From a bacterium (GTDB lineage Bacteria > Patescibacteriota > Minisyncoccia > Phycocordibacterales > Phycocordibacteraceae): DNA of 64,000 nt. Below are positions 56,379 to 64,000 of the stretch, one piece after another. The stretch lies in the NCBI GenBank assembly GCA_021802705.1, contig JAJZRL010000001.1:84379-148378 (forward strand), read 5' to 3'. Under the pieces are notes generated by a model that ran no database searches, was not told the DNA's origin, and saw only the letters and a program-made list of their open reading frames with translations. The number at the start of each line of letters is the position of its first letter. Positions within the stretch are counted from its first letter, which is position 1. The translations under genes were made by a program, and so were the position numbers.

Positions 56379-58274
56379 CTAATATTTTCTTGCAACCCGC
56401 AAACCATTCCCGACCGCGATAAGCTCCGCGACTTCGTGAACGGTCACCGCTATGGCAACTGTCAGGAAGCCGATGAGTGCAGAGGGAATAAGGACGGCGA
56501 GGAGGAGTATTGAAAACACAATGTTCTGCAAGCTGATCCCACGAGCTTTTTTCCCCAATCCAATTGCATACGGAATCTTCGTAAGGTCGTCGGCCATAAG
56601 CGCGACATCGGCCGCTTCGATGGCCGCATCGGTGCCAGCTGTGCCCATAACCATGCCGACGGAACTTTCCGCCAGAGCTGGAGCGTCGTTAATTCCGTCG
56701 CCGACCATTGCCACCACTCCGTATTCTTTTTTAAGTTCTTTTATTGCCGCTACTTTTTCGTCTGGTTTGAGATCAGCCTTGATTTGATCAATGCCGAGTT
56801 CTTTTGCGATAGCTTGGGCAGTGACCAAGTTGTCCCCAGTTAACATAACAACGATCATGCCCATGTGTCGGAGCTGGGTGATTACCTGCTTGGCGACAGG
56901 TCTAATTTCATCTCGGACAGCAATCATTCCAAACAATGCTTTATCCGACCCGACGAGCATAATGGTCTTTCCTTCTTTTCTAAGCTTTTCCATCTTAGAG
57001 TCGAAAGGGGTTACATCAAGCTTTGAAAATAAATCTTTTTTGCCCACATAAATTGTCTGGCCATCTATGACTGCTTTTGTACCGAAGCCGGACATCGCTA
57101 TGAAGTCAGAAGACGGCAAATTTTCTATAGCAAGCGATTCCGCATATCTCACGATAGCTTGGGCGAGCGGATGGCCATTAAACTTCTCCACGCTATAGGC
57201 CAATGTGAGGACATTTTTCTCGTCGCTGTTGATGGGAATAATGTCGGTGACTATCGGCTCTCCGCGAGTCAGCGTCCCAGTTTTATCAAACGCAACAGCT
57301 CTGATTTTCCCCAAGTTCTCCAAATAGACACCGCCTTTGATGAGCACGCCTTCGCGTCCGGCTCGGCCGATTCCGGCGGCCACGGCTACCGGCGTAGACA
57401 TGACCAGCGCACACGGAGCGGCGGCGACCAAGAGGACAACTGCACGAACGCCCCACGCTGAAAGTGAAGGATCTATCAGAGAAAACAGTGCAAGACCTAT
57501 TGCGCTAAAGAGTACAACCGGCGAGTAGTATTTACCGAACTTTTCAATAAACTGCTGGGCTTTGCCTTTCTTTTCCTGCGCCTCCTCGACCAAATGCACG
57601 ATTTTGGAGAGCGTATTGTTCTCAAAGGTTGCCGTAACTTGAATCTCCAGCGCGCCTTCTTGATTGATGGTGGCGGCGAACACATGCATCCCTTGGCCTT
57701 TTTCCACAGGGATTGATTCGCCGGTGACCGGGGCTTCGTTCAGACTAGACTTGCCTTTGATGATTGTGCCATCGGTTGCGATGGATTCACCAGGGCGCAC
57801 CAAAAATATATCGCCGACTTTCAGTTCGCTAGCAGGAATCATTGTCTGTTTTCCATCTCGCATAATTCTGGCTTCCTTTGGTGCGAGATCGAGGAGTTTG
57901 CGGATCGAGGCTCGCGCTCGTGCATAGGCGTATTCCTCTAGTCCTTCGGCAACGCCATAGATAAATACCAAAAAGGCTGCCTCGTCCCACATGCCGAGGA
58001 TTATGGAGCCAATAGTCGCTCCGAGCATCAGAAGCTCTATGCCGATCTCTTTGCATTCGACCAGCTCCTCAATGCCTTCACGCGTCCAGTGGTAGCCTCC
58101 GATGACAATCGCAAAAATATAAATACCGATTTCAAATCCGGAAGGGATAATGCCGAGGTGTCTCAAACCAAATGCCAACAAGGTTAGGCCCCCAGCGATG
58201 AGAGCGTTTCGCATCGGCGGATGCGCGTAGAGCTTGCCATCAAATCCATCATGATCTTTTTCTTTGTGTGCCAT
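56379..58274 (-). CDS. heavy-metal P1B-type ATPase lacking an N-terminal metal-binding domain (APC motif; Zn/Cd/Co-type?)
   Basis: [17 protein letters not shown] and a TM motif AAAPCALVMSTP (APC in place of CPC/SPC) are present. There is no HMA domain. The start is taken at MAHKEK; the ORF track extends two codons upstream to a TTG. Confidence 0.8.
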   Translation of the reverse strand: MAHKEKDHDGFDGKLYAHPPMRNALIAGGLTLLAFGLRHLGIIPSGFEIGIYIFAIVIGGYHWTREGIEELVECKEIGIELLMLGATIGSIILGMWDEAAFLVFIYGVAEGLEEYAYARARASIRKLLDLAPKEARIMRDGKQTMIPASELKVGDIFLVRPGESIATDGTIIKGKSSLNEAPVTGESIPVEKGQGMHVFAATINQEGALEIQVTATFENNTLSKIVHLVEEAQEKKGKAQQFIEKFGKYYSPVVLFSAIGLALFSLIDPSLSAWGVRAVVLLVAAAPCALVMSTPVAVAAGIGRAGREGVLIKGGVYLENLGKIRAVAFDKTGTLTRGEPIVTDIIPINSDEKNVLTLAYSVEKFNGHPLAQAIVRYAESLAIENLPSSDFIAMSGFGTKAVIDGQTIYVGKKDLFSKLDVTPFDSKMEKLRKEGKTIMLVGSDKALFGMIAVRDEIRPVAKQVITQLRHMGMIVVMLTGDNLVTAQAIAKELGIDQIKADLKPDEKVAAIKELKKEYGVVAMVGDGINDAPALAESSVGMVMGTAGTDAAIEAADVALMADDLTKIPYAIGLGKKARGISLQNIVFSILLLAVLIPSALIGFLTVAIAVTVHEVAELIAVGNGLRVARKY

Positions 58275-58278
58275 AGGA

Positions 58279-58641
58279 TTATTTAACAATGATTTTGCCG
58301 TGATACATGTTCATGCCGCAGGAATAGGTAAATTCGCCGGTTTGTTGAGGTGTCAATTCTACGGTTACTTTTTGATTAAGCGGCAGATATTTGCGTATTT
58401 TGAAATCTCCTAGCACTACTTCTTCAAGGCAGCTCGTTGGGTCTTTACGGATAAAATTTACCTTTGTTGTCTTTTCTTTGGGAATCGAGATAGTTTCGGG
58501 TGAGTAACCGCCCTCTACAATGATGTCTACAGATGAATCAGAAACAGCAACTTCTTTTTCGCGTTTGCCCAAGAAAAACCAATAGGTAAAGGCAATTCCT
58601 GCAAGGCCGACTATAGTGACGATGATTTTATCTGGTGTCAT
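58279..58641 (-). CDS. cupredoxin-like copper-binding protein (membrane-anchored)
   Basis: An N-terminal TM helix is followed by a beta-sandwich domain ending ...TYSCGMNMYHGKIIVK (type-1 Cu-like C..H..M ligands). Confidence 0.6.
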   Translation of the reverse strand: MTPDKIIVTIVGLAGIAFTYWFFLGKREKEVAVSDSSVDIIVEGGYSPETISIPKEKTTKVNFIRKDPTSCLEEVVLGDFKIRKYLPLNQKVTVELTPQQTGEFTYSCGMNMYHGKIIVK

Positions 58642-58649
58642 ATTTCTAT

Positions 58650-58988
58650 TTAGCGTAACGCGTGTTCTGTGATTTCAAGATTACAGCTATGATGCTGTTT
58701 GCACCACACCTCGCATTTCTCTGCCCACTCTTTCTCCGCGTACCTGAAGCCACATTCAGGACAAACATGGGCTCCTGATTCTTCTTTCTCGATCTTGTAG
58801 TCTCCAAGATTCTCGATTTCTTTTTTCAGAGTCTCAAGGTCAAGAGCTTCGTTATGCTCTATTTCTGTTTTTCCGGTCGTAAAATCTACAGTGCAACTCA
58901 AGACCTCCTTGTGATCTTTACAGACATCTTCAATGAGCATCTTGCATGCGTTGCAATGAGTGCCTTTGATGGTGAGATTGGTTTTCAT
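58650..58988 (-). CDS. HMA-like metal-binding domain fused to a C-terminal Cys/His zinc-ribbon-like cluster
   Basis: GTHCNACKMLIE is an HMA variant with THCxxC. It is followed by …CPECGF…CEVWCKQHHSCN…. Confidence 0.55.
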   Translation of the reverse strand: MKTNLTIKGTHCNACKMLIEDVCKDHKEVLSCTVDFTTGKTEIEHNEALDLETLKKEIENLGDYKIEKEESGAHVCPECGFRYAEKEWAEKCEVWCKQHHSCNLEITEHALR

Positions 58989-59209
58989 GTATTTTTTGTA
59001 TCGTCTTTCTTTGTCGTTTCTTCTTTTTTATGACCTCGATTCATCATCGCCATCATGAGCACCATTGAGAGCGGACAGATGAACGCGACGAGCAACCCCG
59101 AATACTTGAGCATCTGTGGTGCAAAGAAGTAGAACAGAATGATCACAGCAAGTACGCCAATAATAACCTTCGGATTCAAGCAACACTTGATCATTTCCCA
59201 GATGCTCAT
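58985..59209 (-). CDS. hypothetical small membrane protein with N-terminal CC pair
   Basis: A 74-aa protein (MSIWEMIKCCLNP…) with two TM helices and a basic tail. Confidence 0.35.
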   Translation of the reverse strand: MSIWEMIKCCLNPKVIIGVLAVIILFYFFAPQMLKYSGLLVAFICPLSMVLMMAMMNRGHKKEETTKKDDTKNT

Positions 59210-59213
59210 ATGT

Positions 59214-60953
59214 TTATGAATCTATGACGTTAAAGCTGGTTTGTAATGCGCCCATGGGACAGACCACCCGCACGATGCCAGTGTGAGTCGGTGTAAATTT
59301 AAGGACGTTTTTCCCGCCAACCGCAAGAAGCTGTGATACTCCGTAGTCGGGAATTGTCATCACTCCCATACAGCCACCCACGTTGACCTTGTCGTCAACA
59401 GTAAGTTCAACCGGGACGTTATTTTTTACCGTAATCATCTGCGGATAAAATCCACGCTCTCGCGAGACCTCCATCGAGACTTGCTGTGCTTGTACGCATG
59501 TTGCTTTCGTAGGATCACACACTGACGAGTCTGTAGATGCCTGCGCGTCGGCCGAGACAACTGTACCGCTCGTATTCGGTATGACCGTAAACGACGCACC
59601 GCGCGTCATCATACCCATAGGACAGTTGAAAGGAATTGTTCCAGTTTCTGTCGGTGTGAACGTAACGGTGGTAATGCCCTGCGAAGAGAAGGATTTTGTG
59701 ATGCCAAGTGTCGGCATCACGAGTACCTGTCCGCAGCCTGCAGCTTGGCCTCCGTCGATTCTCCACTCAACCGGAATACCGGCTTGCACGGTAAAGTGCG
59801 AAGGACTGTAACTGTAGCCACTCACTTTCATCTCGACGATCTGTTTTCCATCTTCGATCGGTGCTGTCGCGGCTTGCGCGACGACTCCGCCGCTGGACGG
59901 AAAAGAGAGATTCACTCCCGTCAGCGTCAAAGCGTTGCCGATGTTCCAGAAGCCAAGCAGTACCACGAGGACGGCAGAGAATCGCAAGAAATGCTTTTGA
60001 AATGCACCTTTGGCAAAGCTCGACAAAGCGCTAAGAGAAAGCAGCATCGGCAAAGTACCGAGCGAGAATGCAAGCATAGTGAGCGCTCCTCCGGTGAAGT
60101 TGCCGAGGGTGAGTACGTAGAGTTGCAGCGCCAAGGTAAAGCCGCACGGCAGGAAGAAAGTAAGCGCACCTAAGACGAATGCGCCGCCTTTGGTATCTTT
60201 CCCGCTCAAGTCATGGATTTTGTGTGCGATGAACTTCGGCATACTTGGTTGAAGCCGTCGCATCCATGGGAATAGATTCAAGAGCTGAAACCCAAGAATA
60301 ATCATCACGAGACTTGCAATGATTGAGAGGAATCCTGTGCCTCGTGCCGAGAGGCTAATTACAGAGCCAAGCGCACCGATAAGACCTCCAAAGAACGTGT
60401 AGGAGACAATACGACCGGCGTTGAAGTAGAGTGTTGGTTTGAATTTTTGGTAGCCCGTGAGGTTTGGATATAGCTCGTTGTATTTTGCAGCTGCTGCTAG
60501 CAAGAGTCCTCCCGCCACCGCAAGACAGCTTGATGTACCGGCCACAAGCCCGATCAAGAAGATAAAGCCGTAGCTCATGTTGTTTGTAATACCGAGGCCT
60601 TCAGGGATGATGTGGAATTGTTTGAGAATCAGATACGCAGCGAGAATAAACAAGAACACTGCTCCAATCTCAGCGTAGTCGCGAGCGGTGTTCTTGTGTT
60701 TGGTGGCTTCGGGCGAAGTGTGGCGATCTTCCCACTTGGAAACAGAGTAGCCGTCTTCTTTGATTGCACTTTCAAATGCATGAAGCGGAACATGCTCCCG
60801 CGAGAAGACTTCAGCCTTGCCACTAACAAAGCTGACATTTACCTTTTCGACGCCGGGAAGCTTTTTGAATTTACGTTCAACTAGGACTTCACAACTTGCA
60901 CAGTGAGTGCCGTGAATCTTAAGTTTTGTTTTTTGTAATTGAGACATAAGCAT
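59214..60953 (-). CDS. HMA domain + DsbD_2-like (CcdA-type) transmembrane domain + two C-terminal cupredoxin-like repeats
   Basis: An N-terminal HGTHCASCEVLVE HMA domain is followed by a 6-TM core with SSC and FLPCG motifs. The C-terminal 200 aa contain duplicated …GCGQVLVMP…FNCPMGMM… and …GGCMGVMTIP…VVCPMGAL… motifs. Confidence 0.6.
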   Translation of the reverse strand: MLMSQLQKTKLKIHGTHCASCEVLVERKFKKLPGVEKVNVSFVSGKAEVFSREHVPLHAFESAIKEDGYSVSKWEDRHTSPEATKHKNTARDYAEIGAVFLFILAAYLILKQFHIIPEGLGITNNMSYGFIFLIGLVAGTSSCLAVAGGLLLAAAAKYNELYPNLTGYQKFKPTLYFNAGRIVSYTFFGGLIGALGSVISLSARGTGFLSIIASLVMIILGFQLLNLFPWMRRLQPSMPKFIAHKIHDLSGKDTKGGAFVLGALTFFLPCGFTLALQLYVLTLGNFTGGALTMLAFSLGTLPMLLSLSALSSFAKGAFQKHFLRFSAVLVVLLGFWNIGNALTLTGVNLSFPSSGGVVAQAATAPIEDGKQIVEMKVSGYSYSPSHFTVQAGIPVEWRIDGGQAAGCGQVLVMPTLGITKSFSSQGITTVTFTPTETGTIPFNCPMGMMTRGASFTVIPNTSGTVVSADAQASTDSSVCDPTKATCVQAQQVSMEVSRERGFYPQMITVKNNVPVELTVDDKVNVGGCMGVMTIPDYGVSQLLAVGGKNVLKFTPTHTGIVRVVCPMGALQTSFNVIDS

Positions 60954-60958
60954 TTTAA

Positions 60959-61576
60959 TTATTCACCTGCTGGAAATGCGTAGGACGCAGGAATAGCCTG
61001 CGGAGCTTCCGCGCCCGTACCATAGACGATTACTATTTCTTGATGTGCTTGCAGTTGCAACTCTCGCGGATCGCCTTGATAAAGCGTACCATTCGAGTAC
61101 ACCTTGAGCGTTTTATCTCCCGATGCGACATAGGCACCGATTGTGTCCTTCGTGAATTTCACTCCCCAGATGTCGAAGAATTGTCCGAGCGTGAATGTTT
61201 GTATTTTCGGCGACTCGACATGAATGACGCCAGTACCGTCATGCACATGGATGTCGGAAATGAATCCCGCAACCTGATTGATACCGATATTTGCAGGCAC
61301 TGGTGTCGGCTTGCCGTCAATGACGATGTCGAGATGTTGATGGATGTGTAGCGCCGTTCCTTCCGAAGAGAGCGCAGGAAGTCCTATTGCTTTTAGACGC
61401 GCAGGAAGATTTGGAATCTCGGCTCCCCACGGGGCATTAGTTGTTTGAATGCCTGGAAGCTCTCCTGATTCTGCAACAGGTGCCGGACTTTTACTTGGGA
61501 ATATATGGCTCCAAGAAAATAGGACGCCGAGCACGACTACAAATCCAACTATGCACAGTATTGTTTTTGTCTTCAT
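60959..61576 (-). CDS. hypothetical secreted protein
   Basis: A signal-anchor (MKTKTILCIVGFVVVLGVLF) is followed by a His-rich segment (LHIHQHLD…ISDIHVHDGTGVIHVE), which may bind metal. Confidence 0.5.
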   Translation of the reverse strand: MKTKTILCIVGFVVVLGVLFSWSHIFPSKSPAPVAESGELPGIQTTNAPWGAEIPNLPARLKAIGLPALSSEGTALHIHQHLDIVIDGKPTPVPANIGINQVAGFISDIHVHDGTGVIHVESPKIQTFTLGQFFDIWGVKFTKDTIGAYVASGDKTLKVYSNGTLYQGDPRELQLQAHQEIVIVYGTGAEAPQAIPASYAFPAGE

Positions 61577-61580
61577 AGTT

Positions 61581-62240
61581 TTATTTCTTTAGTGCAGCAT
61601 CTATTGCCTGCTTGAATGCTGCGTATGGCTGTGCGCCGGAAATCAATTGTTTGCCGATGATCGTTCCGGGAGTGCCATTAATTCCCATTGCGCTTCCTTC
61701 TGCCTTATCAGCATCCATTTCTTTTTGATATGTATCGGCATTCTTCACTGCAAGTTGCATGGCTTTTTGAGCGTCGGTTGCACCGAGTACGCCAGTCGTA
61801 ATCGAGAGAATCTTCGCGTCCGTTGCCCAGCCGGTATTTTCGGTTCCTTGATTGTCGTAGACGGCTTTGTGCCACTGGTAGAATTTAGTTGGCGCAATAT
61901 CCCACACGGCACGCGCTACTTTCCCAAGTCGTTGTGAATCTTCACTCAAGAATTGAAAATCTTTGAATACGATTTTTACCTTGCCGGTATCGACATAATC
62001 TTTGACGATTTGCGGCATTACCGTCTCTTCGTTTTGTTTGCAGAATGGGCACTGGTAGTCATACCAGTACGCAATAGTGACAGGAGCATCCACTTTCCCG
62101 ACGTATGGTTCTCCGTCAGTTTTGACATTGCTAATGTCAACGGCTATTTGTGGAGCGGCTTGCGCTTGAGCCTGTTGCTGTGGAACTGCAGCAGCACTTC
62201 CCTGATAGGGGACGGTCGCGGAACACGCTATCAGGTTCGT
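61581..62240 (-). CDS. DsbA-family thiol:disulfide oxidoreductase (start undetermined; ORF-track N-terminus reads through tRNA-Ser)
   Basis: A thioredoxin fold with CPFC is present (…WYDYQCPFCKQNEE…). The first 22 codons of the 61581..62306 ORF are antisense tRNA. There is no in-frame ATG after the tRNA (possible GTG at ~62093), and no signal peptide is evident, so the gene may be 5'-truncated. Confidence 0.55.
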   Translation of the reverse strand, partial: TNLIACSATVPYQGSAAAVPQQQAQAQAAPQIAVDISNVKTDGEPYVGKVDAPVTIAYWYDYQCPFCKQNEETVMPQIVKDYVDTGKVKIVFKDFQFLSEDSQRLGKVARAVWDIAPTKFYQWHKAVYDNQGTENTGWATDAKILSITTGVLGATDAQKAMQLAVKNADTYQKEMDADKAEGSAMGINGTPGTIIGKQLISGAQPYAAFKQAIDAALKK

Positions 62241-62241
62241 G

Positions 62242-62328
62242 CGGAGGCGGAGAGATTCGAACTCTCGAGACCCTTTCGAGCCTGCCGCCTTTCCAAGGCG
62301 GTGCACTAGACCGCTATGCGACGCCTCC
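62242..62328 (-). tRNA. tRNA-Ser (anticodon GGA), long variable arm
   Basis: The reverse complement GGAGGCGTCGCATAGCGGTCTAGTGCACCGCCTTGGAAAGGCGGCAGGCTCGAAAGGGTCTCGAGAGTTCGAATCTCTCCGCCTCCG has acceptor GGAGGCG/CGCCTCC, anticodon stem CCGCC/GGCGG with loop TTGGAAA, and a 5-bp variable-arm stem. Confidence 0.85.
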
Positions 62329-62365
62329 CGTTATGGTTAGGTTATAGCAGAAAAATCCGTTTTCA

Positions 62366-63268
62366 TCACGCTTTCGGACCGAGGAGCGCTTTGATGCGGT
62401 CGGGAATGGGGGGATGGGTGGAAAAGAGCCGTTCGATCCAGCCGGAGCTACCGCCGGATTTCGCTCCGAAAGGATCGCCGATGAAAAGATGCGCGGTCGC
62501 AAGGCTGGTGTGCTGCATCGGCGTCGTGTAGCTGCCGATCTTTTGAAGCGCGGAGGCGAGACCTTCAGGATACCGCGTGAGCAATACTCCCGAAGCGTCC
62601 GCAAGATATTCGCGCCGGCGAGAAACCGCGAGCTCTATGAGCTTTGCCGCGAGTGGAGCGAGTATGATGCCGACGACGGCGAGCACGAGAAGGAGCGCGT
62701 TCCCGTTGCCGTTATCATCGCGGCGGCCGCCGCCCCAGAAAGAGAGCCTCAAGAAAATGTCCGCGACGATAGCGACAAAGCCCGCGAGCACGACCGCGAC
62801 GGTCATGAGGAGCATGTCGCGGTTCTTGATGTGAGAGAGCTCATGCGCGATAACGCCCTCGAGTTCCGGGCGCGTCATCATGGAAAGAAGCCCTGTCGTC
62901 GCGCACACGACCGCATGCGCTTCGTCGCGGCCGGTTGCGAAAGCGTTCGGTGCCGGATCATCGATCACGTAGAGCTTCGGTTTCGGCAGCCCGGCTGCCA
63001 TCGAGAGGTTTTCCGCGACCGTATAGAAATCGAAGAATTCCTCGCGGGTCGCGGGTCGCGCGCGGTTTAAAGAAAGCACGAGCGTATCCGAAGCCCAGTA
63101 CGCATAGAAATTCGTCACGACAGCGATGACAACCGCGATGTAGAGGATCGCGGGGTTGCCGTAGTACCAGGAGATCCCGTACCCGACGGCTATGACGACG
63201 ATGAGGAAACCGAACACGAGTACCCACGTCCGGCGGATATTCGAAGCGCGTTCGGCATAGATATCCAT
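62366..63268 (-). CDS. htpX: protease HtpX (M48 family zinc metalloprotease)
   Basis: TM helices plus HELSHIKNRD (HExxH) and a downstream Glu are present. The start is taken at MDIYAE (63268); the longer ORF to 63397 overlaps the GGDEF gene. Confidence 0.85.
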   Translation of the reverse strand: MDIYAERASNIRRTWVLVFGFLIVVIAVGYGISWYYGNPAILYIAVVIAVVTNFYAYWASDTLVLSLNRARPATREEFFDFYTVAENLSMAAGLPKPKLYVIDDPAPNAFATGRDEAHAVVCATTGLLSMMTRPELEGVIAHELSHIKNRDMLLMTVAVVLAGFVAIVADIFLRLSFWGGGRRDDNGNGNALLLVLAVVGIILAPLAAKLIELAVSRRREYLADASGVLLTRYPEGLASALQKIGSYTTPMQHTSLATAHLFIGDPFGAKSGGSSGWIERLFSTHPPIPDRIKALLGPKA

Positions 63269-63275
63269 ACGGAAG

Positions 63276-63953
63276 TCACTGCTGGTCCGGTTTTCCGGAA
63301 GCCAGGGAGCTATAGGCGACGACCTGATTGCGCCCGACCTTTGCCGCGTAGAGAGCCTCGTCGGCTCCTTTATAGAGCGTCTTCGCCTCCTGTGCATCTT
63401 TCGATGAGATGACGCCGAAACTTGCCGTTATCGTCAGGTTCGGATGCTTGTCGAACGTCATCTGCGCGACCTTTTCGCGGAAAATCTCCGCATCGCGCAT
63501 CGCGATCGACTCTCCGGCGCCTCGCAAGAGCACGACGAACTCTTCTCCGCCGACGCGCGCCACGATATCCGTATCGCGCACCGAGTCTATGAGGAGCGCC
63601 GAGACCCTCTGGAGCACTTCGTCGCCGACCGGATGGCCGTAGGTGTCATTGATCTGCTTGAAATGGTCGAGGTCGACGAATATGAGGGAAACTTCCTTGA
63701 GCGGCTCGCCATGCGTCCGGTGTTCCGCCATCTCTCCGCGTATCAGTTTCAAGGATTGATCGAGCTCGTGCTCGAAAACCTTGCGGTTTTTCGTTCCAGT
63801 AAGGGCATCGATGCCGTGCTGCTCTTCCAGGTACTCGATGTGCCAGGCAAGCAGCGCCTTTTCGTTCTCGAGGTCCTTTATCTTTTCTTTCAAAGCCTCG
63901 TTCTTTTCGCCTTCCGGAGAAAGGGCTTTCGGTCTCGATCCGAAAAATTCCAT
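63276..63953 (-). CDS. GGDEF-domain diguanylate cyclase with N-terminal coiled coil
   Basis: The active-site motif RVGGEEFVVLL (GGEEF) is present, with the upstream DxLTG…NR and …FKQINDTYGHPVGD segments. Confidence 0.8.
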   Translation of the reverse strand: MEFFGSRPKALSPEGEKNEALKEKIKDLENEKALLAWHIEYLEEQHGIDALTGTKNRKVFEHELDQSLKLIRGEMAEHRTHGEPLKEVSLIFVDLDHFKQINDTYGHPVGDEVLQRVSALLIDSVRDTDIVARVGGEEFVVLLRGAGESIAMRDAEIFREKVAQMTFDKHPNLTITASFGVISSKDAQEAKTLYKGADEALYAAKVGRNQVVAYSSLASGKPDQQ

Positions 63954-64000
63954 ACGGACATCCGTCAGAACTGCACCTTTACCGGTTCGGCAGCGGCAGC

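Larger units (their letters stand above)
45213..62241. mobile_element. ~17-kb low-G+C genomic island adjoining the 3' end of tRNA-Ser(GGA); phage-terminase / ParB-methylase module plus heavy-metal (Hg/Cu) resistance array; no integrase seen in window
   Basis: There is an abrupt G+C drop by eye (roughly 60% to mid-40s) beginning right after the SDR stop and ending at the tRNA-Ser 3' end. A tRNA-3'-end-like fragment lies at the distal boundary. Gene content is typical of horizontally acquired DNA. Confidence 0.65.

Noticed and set aside
62241-62306. First 22 codons of the dsbA ORF
   Set aside because: They are translated from the antisense of tRNA-Ser(GGA), so they are not part of a real protein.
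1-64000. CRISPR arrays, retron/DGR reverse transcriptases, toxin-antitoxin pairs
   Set aside because: No regularly spaced direct repeats, no RT-like ORF and no obvious TA module were seen on either strand.

Overview
This 64-kb window has a high-G+C backbone (roughly 60% G+C by eye) whose gene content looks like a small-genome, CPR-like bacterium. The backbone shows a short S1 protein, a 705-aa ValRS, an O-antigen-ligase/TPR fusion and many DUF proteins. It encodes core functions: gyrA (partial), pth, lepB, rpsU, ybeY-ftsA-ftsZ, trxB, mscL, rlmB, tsaD, valS, lepA, murJ, class II RNR nrdJ, RNase P RNA and htpX. It also carries seven tRNA genes that I recognised by hand-folding.

Two regions stand out:
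- At 12.5-14.8 kb, a lower-G+C cassette of two convergent genes (a secreted M23 peptidase and a secreted protein) is bounded by ~90-bp imperfect inverted repeats. It sits symmetrically between tRNA-Glu and tRNA-Val.
- At 45.2-62.3 kb, a ~17-kb visibly low-G+C island abuts the 3' end of tRNA-Ser(GGA). It carries a ParB-domain/DNA-methyltransferase fusion, terminase small and large subunits with no other phage structural genes, and an ~11.9-kb unidirectional heavy-metal array. The array holds merA, a MerT-like gene, an ArsR regulator, copA, a second P1B ATPase, cupredoxin/HMA proteins, an HMA-DsbD_2-cupredoxin fusion and dsbA.

A co-directional five-gene cluster at 36.9-42.7 kb couples a MacAB-type ABC exporter (adaptor, ATPase, permease) to a DUF5666-like anchored protein and a cytochrome-b-like di-haem membrane protein.

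The six-frame track contains many long ORFs that are antisense shadows of real genes, which is typical of high-G+C DNA, and I rejected them. All coordinates for tRNAs, repeats and hand-chosen starts are hand-counted and may be off by 1-2 nt.
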